Source: a virus
Strand: one strand, 5' to 3'
DNA length: 64,000 nt
IMG/VR virus record: IMGVR_UViG_3300045125_000073
Location: 24,258-88,257 of that record
This document shows positions 58,700 through 64,000 of this stretch, one piece after another. The notes under the pieces were generated by a model. That model was not told the DNA's origin and did no database searches. It saw only the letters and a list, made by a program, of their open reading frames with translations. Numbering within the stretch: the stretch's first letter is position 1; each line of letters begins with the position of its first letter. Position numbers and translations under genes: made by a program.

Positions 58700-61600
58700 T
58701 CCGTCTCGCATTAAATACAGATACATGGTGTGTTTTTGTGGTGTAAATATCCTTTGTACTTTATAAACCATCCATCTTCCATCAAAATTGGGCGCATCTA
58801 TAGTAATTATTTTACCAGGACTTACTCCAAAATCTCCGTTAACTAATATTTTAACTGCGTTGAGCTTGCATTAATGCCATTTGGGCTCTTCTTCGTATAG
58901 GAGTTTCTTCGGGTGTATTCCAGAATGTTGCAGAAGTTTTAGAATACTCTTTTATAATATTTAAAGTTTGAATTTACAAGTTCTGTATCTGGGCATAACG
59001 AAACTTGTGTCTCAACAGAACTGGTGTCTAATGTTGTGGGATACGCACTTCCTGTGTCACCACCTGTGGCACCAAATATTTTTCTTTTGTCGTAATCAAA
59101 AAATGATTTTCCGTTAGTGCCTTGGCCTTCCGGGCGGTGGCGGTGGTGGTGGCGGTGATGCTTCTGTTAAAAAGGTTTGTAATTGGGGTAATTCGCCTAA
59201 TTGGGTATCTATAGTATTTCTTTGATTTGATCCTACGAGAGGATTAAAAGGACCTGGACACGTATGAAATGCTCTCCGACCATAAATGTTGTCAGTATAA
59301 TTAGCATTACATTTAGCACACCCAGTCCAGCTATATCCAATAGTATCACATTCCTCTTGTGTTGCTTGTATGCATTTAGAGTTCACAATCAGGATCAATT
59401 AAGGTTGCAATCGCATAATAACAGCAAGCACCAGAAGTGGCGCATAAAAGGATTTGATCCCAACCGGCCTTGTGCATATCTGGTCACTACAACTTACTTT
59501 TTCACACAATGCACAGTGTGTCCAACGACCTTGGTAAAGAGTATTACATTCTCCAAGTGTTGTCTGAGTACACTTACCGCAACCAGGTTCCGCAGCACGC
59601 ACCATAATCTTCTCCAGTTGTTTCATTTCTCCCTGCTGTGGACAAGTAGGGGGGAACGCGGACCTACCGCCACCGCCACCGCCACCACCGCCACCGGGCG
59701 GTGATGGTGGAATTACAACACCGCCGCCTCCACCACCGCCGCCACCGCCGCCACCACCACCACCATCACTACAGGGATTAGGAGAACATACACGGCATTT
59801 TGTCCACTTTCCTCCCAGCAGAAGAACAACCAATTTCTGACAGTGTTTGGCAGCAGCTTCCATCTGTTAAACAACACGATCCCCAGTGGAATTCCAGCAA
59901 ATTCATATCCAGCATCACAGGGGGAACAGTTGGAGGCACTGGAGGAGTCCTGGGAGGTCCTGGAGGAGGTAGTTGGTTGGAGGAGTAGTGGTTGGAGGAG
60001 TAGTGGTTGGAGGAGTAGTGGTTGGAGGAGTAGTGGTTGGAGGAGTAGTGGTTGGAGGAGTAGTGGTTGGAGGAGTAGTGGTTGGGGGTCCTTCACAGTG
60101 GTAATCCACCCTGCCGTACTTTTGAACCGGTTTTGTGTTTAAGCCTATGGAGTATCAGAATCGTACTCTTTCTACACAGTTATAAACAGTTTGAATATCC
60201 GAATAGATCAATGCCAAACCAACTGGTATCCTAAATGTATGCACGAATTAAGATCACATTCTTTTGCCGGAAGTCATATTTTTGAAAGGCTCCTGCCAGT
60301 TGCGCGTCTGTCGGTGGTGTATTGGGATATCTGGTTTTTAGTGGAGCTGGACTGAGACGGGCAATTACAATACGGATTGTCTGCAGGGCATCCAAGATTA
60401 GAAACAGGTCCGTAAGGACTCATGCACTCACTACCTTTACCAGGTTCGTAAGTGTTATGGTTTTTTTGGAAACCGGGTAAAAAAATTCATCAAGTGGTGT
60501 TAGGTAGATACGACATTTTGATTATTTATTTTATTTGTACTGCGTCCCACAAGTAGCATAAACCGTCATGATCATTTTCCACATCAAAAACGAACACTCA
60601 TTGTGGTGTGTATGGTCTTGTTTCTGTTGCTAACGTTTTTCCAATAATTGCAGTTAATGCTTGTTTGGGTATTTTGAACATCTGCACTACTCTGCCACCG
60701 TGATAAAGCTCTGGAGCACCGAGTACTAGCATAGCGGTTCCATCATCTGCTCCAATTCGGAGAACAGGTTTTTTAGTAGTTATTCTGTATTTTCCTACAG
60801 GCATTAAAGAAAACTGTTTTGGATATGAAACGTACTCTTTACGTGTTTCTGCATCGTCTGGCATTATTCCGTGAATGTTAGAAATGCCGGGTCCTTTTAT
60901 TGTTGTATTGGTGCTGAAAGAGAATTTCACTTCAAATTTAGAAGGAACTGCTGAATTTAAAATTTCGTTTAAATTATATGCTCTACTATCCGGACCGATA
61001 TCACTCAGATTTGCTACCTCTTGCTGCACCAGGCGGAATTGCAAAAACAAACGGGAATGTATTATCTTCAAACTCTATAATTTCTCGATTTTCTAATACA
61101 CTCTGAACATCCGCTCTGAGCCAAAATTCTACTTCTACCCATTCGTATGCGTATATACCACCAGAATCTTTTTCTATAAAAGCAGAAGCACGTTACCAGA
61201 ACTTAAAGTTTGGCCTTCGCTTCCGTATATTTTTTCTGCTTGTGTAAGAACTGCGAAGAATGTTTCCGGAACTTCTCGTATACAACACATCTTATTCTTA
61301 AACGCATCGTGTTTTGCACGTTCTCTCTTTTAGTTCTAAATATTCTTGTTTTGATTTTAGTAATTCGGATCCCACTTGATTTATTGTAAATTTTGTACAA
61401 CCACGAACCTGGTAATTCAGAAATCAAACTAGGCTCTCCAATAGTTACTTTCATTTCCTTTCTGGTTGTTTTTATACCTAAACTAGTTTCTGTTAAATCG
61501 TTAGATGTATTTGTTAATATTATCGGCATAACTCCACCATGGTGTATTGGAATTATACGGATGGGCAAAATAACCGTAGTTAGTATCAGACATTCGTAGT

Positions 61601-62675
61601 GTTCCAGTATTTTCTGGACTAAACGTTCCTATAGGATTACAGCTATTCCTAAACCAGATATATTATTTCTGTACTGACCCACTACACGCCGTTTTATCAG
61701 TTCTGCATTAGTGTCTAAAGAATTTTGATAAACAGAAGACCAATCTGGTTTAACCCTAATATATTCTCAAAGAATGCGCCAGAACTTATAAGTTTAGCGG
61801 GACTTACGTGTTTATAACTTCAAAGGACGCTATGGCATTGGTGTCTAATTCGTTTTGTTGATATTGCATAAGTGAATAGCAACAGCAGATTGTTGCGCCA
61901 TTTGCTGACTGATTTAGAATTTCCATCCCGGTAAGATCTTGCCAAAATAAAAAATCCACATGACCAAGGTGCATCTTCGTCTACACGCGTATTCACTCAC
62001 GTAATTCATTATTTAGATGTATTGGTGGGATTGTTTCCTAATCTTATGAAAACGGATAAAGATGCATGGATCGTTGTTAAAGCCATATAAGAATTTGTAT
62101 CGTTAAGTCTGCAGCAAGATATAATCTAGAACCAATACACCAGAATAATTTGCTAAAGGTATGAACAAAGCTTTCATAAGCCGGCATCTCCTGCAGGAGC
62201 TAAAGGAGAAGAATCCACTATTTGGTTCAATTCCAAATCCAGAAATAAGTCCTATAAAATCGTTATACGGAGAATAATTAAAATTATCGTAAACAAATAA
62301 TTTACTACTAAAACGAACAACAGCTTTGTGTGGTCTTGCTTGGGTTCCACCAACTGAACCGCCACCTGTTGTAGTTAAACTTTGAGTAGCCAGGTCTGAT
62401 ACCCAATTGATGTCTAAAATATCAAAAAAACCAACTGAGAACCTCCTATACTAATAGTAATTCCCTTCTCATAAGTTATACTATTGATTACCTGTGCACC
62501 AGCAGTAGGATCATAGAGCGTAATGGATCCTATTATGGATTCCGAAAACATGTCTTCATCCAAACGTTAAACCTTTCTAATGTTAAAGGATCACCAGTAA
62601 AGAGCATGTAATACACTACTACCGCTTGATATGGTTAACTCTGCAAAATTTGGAAACCTATTTGAAAATCGCTCA
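58700..62675 (-). CDS. Baseplate hub-like (gp27-like) protein with inserted Cys-rich repeats and Pro/Thr/Gly linkers; frameshifted, may be split
   Basis: N-terminal EDMFSESIIGSITLYD and C-terminal VNGDFGVSPGKII...DGRWMVYKVQRIF resemble hub-type proteins; position before gp25. Confidence 0.5.
59131..59157 (-). repeat. Poly-Pro coding tract
   Basis: Imperfect (GGC/GGT)n on the plus strand; SPPPPPPPPGRP on the minus strand. Confidence 0.75.
59664..59767 (-). repeat. Two poly-Gly coding tracts flanking VVIPPSPP
   Basis: Imperfect (CCA/CCG)n on the plus strand. Confidence 0.8.
59979..60083 (-). repeat. Perfect 15-bp tandem repeat x7 encoding (PTTTP)7
   Basis: Seven identical GGAGGAGTAGTGGTT units counted on the plus strand. 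Confidence 0.95.
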
Positions 62676-62694
62676 TAGTTCACTTATTCGTATT

Positions 62695-64000
62695 TCATTT
62701 ACATGTACCATGAGAGGCCAACAATTCCTGTATAGCTGATTCTAACTCAGTTATTTGATTTATATTAGAACCGATTTATTTTATTTTTTATTTAATAACT
62801 CATTGTCCATCAATTCTTTTCTAACAGTCATAAATTCTTCGTTTCTGCAAACATTAGAGTAGTTAGCAAGATAAATATTTTCCCAATTATTTGGATCCGA
62901 ACAGTCCACAACAGTTCCTGCTTGTTGTATATATTTTGTGGAATCCAGATATTTTTGTATACTTAATAACTGGTTTTGTATAGTTTTAACTTGAGTGTAC
63001 ACGTTTTGTTCTGGATTGTACCTCCACACGGACACAATCTACCTTCAACACTACCATAAAACCCTTCAGATTCTGCAAATTGATGTGGTTTTACAAAAAC
63101 TCGTTTAAACATGTGATCCACGAATCTACCACTCCTGTGTATTTGTAATTTGTACCAGAACCTTTCAAAATTACATGGTGTAACCCTGACACCAACCAGA
63201 TTAAATTTTCCATCCAATGGATATGCATCACTAAAGTTTGTGCTTGACCGGGGCATCCATTTTCTCCATATATTAAAAATTTACCTGTTACGTTAATAGT
63301 ATTGGAATTGGTATTACACCAACAGTGTGAGCGCAGCACCAACAGAAACGTAATTAATTTCATTACTACCTAGTGGTAATTGGCCGTGAGAATTGGATCC
63401 CCAAGCAGCAACCGTGCCTTGTTGTTTCAAAGCAACGCATGATCAAGTGCAAACAGACCATGGTTATACCTGTTACTCCTGGTATGGATGTAAAAATACC
63501 ATTTCCAGGATTAACACCGAAAGCCGTCAGTCCGTATGAACCAGTCCCATAAGAATTATCTAAAATACCAACACAATATCCGGAACCACAATCAGCGTCG
63601 TATAATTGAGCACGGAGCAGTAATTCCATACGAAACAACAGAAAAATCAGATTTAATTCCAATACCACCACTCATTCCTCTGGTCCAACGAGTTTTAATT
63701 AGGCCGTGTTGTTCCTGTATAAACTGATTAAAATCTGTACACTCCCCAAAACACTGTAAAGCTGCAAATTGATGCAACAAGTGCCGATTTCCACTTGGCT
63801 TCAATAAATGTGTACGCACCCGTTTTAGACCTATAAAGAATCCTGTCTGATTAAAAACATTTAGGATTAAACTTTTTGACCCCACGCGTAAATGTAACCA
63901 GAAGAGTCTAAACTAGCACGTAAAATAATCACCGGCTGCAACCTGAACCACGTTTTTTGATTGTTAAATTCGTCAGGAACAATAGATTGCACCGTAGTCG
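62695..64000 (-). CDS. RCC1-repeat protein, possibly gp53-like baseplate wedge; 5' end outside the window; frameshifted
   Basis: VVQVAAGDYFT...LDSSGYIYAWG and GTVAAWGSNSHGQL are RCC1/BLIP-II repeats; the C-terminus and position are only suggestive of gp53. Confidence 0.6.

Noticed and set aside
59713-60142. ORFs reading (QPLLL)n or plus-strand (RSSGW)n; also a possible CRISPR array
   Set aside because: These are alternative frames of one 15-bp tandem repeat with no spacers. The PTTTP frame fits the flanking Pro-rich sequence.
188-63727. Plus-strand ORFs in the supplied track
   Set aside because: All are short shadows of recognisable minus-strand genes, with no family motifs.
1-64000. Stop-codon reassignment (TAG/TGA recoding) as the cause of short ORFs
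   Set aside because: In the genes traced (gp44, gp45, regA, gp46, rmlB) homology continues in a different frame rather than through an in-frame stop. TAA and TGA both end genes normally.
1-64000. Calling the broken genes pseudogenes
   Set aside because: Full-length, well-conserved essential genes in an intact order, with breaks spread throughout, fit read errors better than decay.
1-64000. tRNA, rRNA or integrase/transposase genes
   Set aside because: None recognised by eye; the intergenic gaps are very short. A tRNAscan-SE run would be needed to be sure.

Overview
This is a 64-kb segment of a T4-like myovirus genome with a gp55-type late sigma factor and a gene order like that of aquatic cyanophage/pelagiphage-type T4 relatives. 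All credible genes lie on the minus strand. Almost every gene carries single-base indels: the protein resumes in another frame, and core gene lengths match T4-like homologs. This fits uncorrected long-read errors rather than decay or recoding, so most coordinates are reconstructed by eye across frameshifts and the ends are approximate. In transcription order (64000 to 1) the window holds: an RCC1-repeat gp53-like protein; a ~1300-aa baseplate-hub-like protein with Cys-rich repeats and Pro/Thr/Gly linkers; gp25-gp6-gp7-like-gp8; a ~15-kb block of fibre-like genes with G[AS]CC Cys repeats, GPTG motifs and two DUF1566-like domains; gp13-17; a short gp18; gp19-23; gp3-uvsY-uvsW; gp55-47-46; rnh; gp45-44-(methyltransferase)-62-regA. 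Where T4 has gp43, this genome has a >11.5-kb AT-rich glycan biosynthesis island: about 6 glycosyltransferase-like genes, RfbH/E1 3-dehydrase, RmlB, an epimerase, a sugar O-methyltransferase, an aldolase, a HAD and a TPP enzyme. The leading hypothesis (inference) is a phage-encoded pathway that makes an unusual, possibly branched, deoxysugar glycan and transfers it to virion proteins (Thr-rich linkers are candidate acceptors) or to the host surface.
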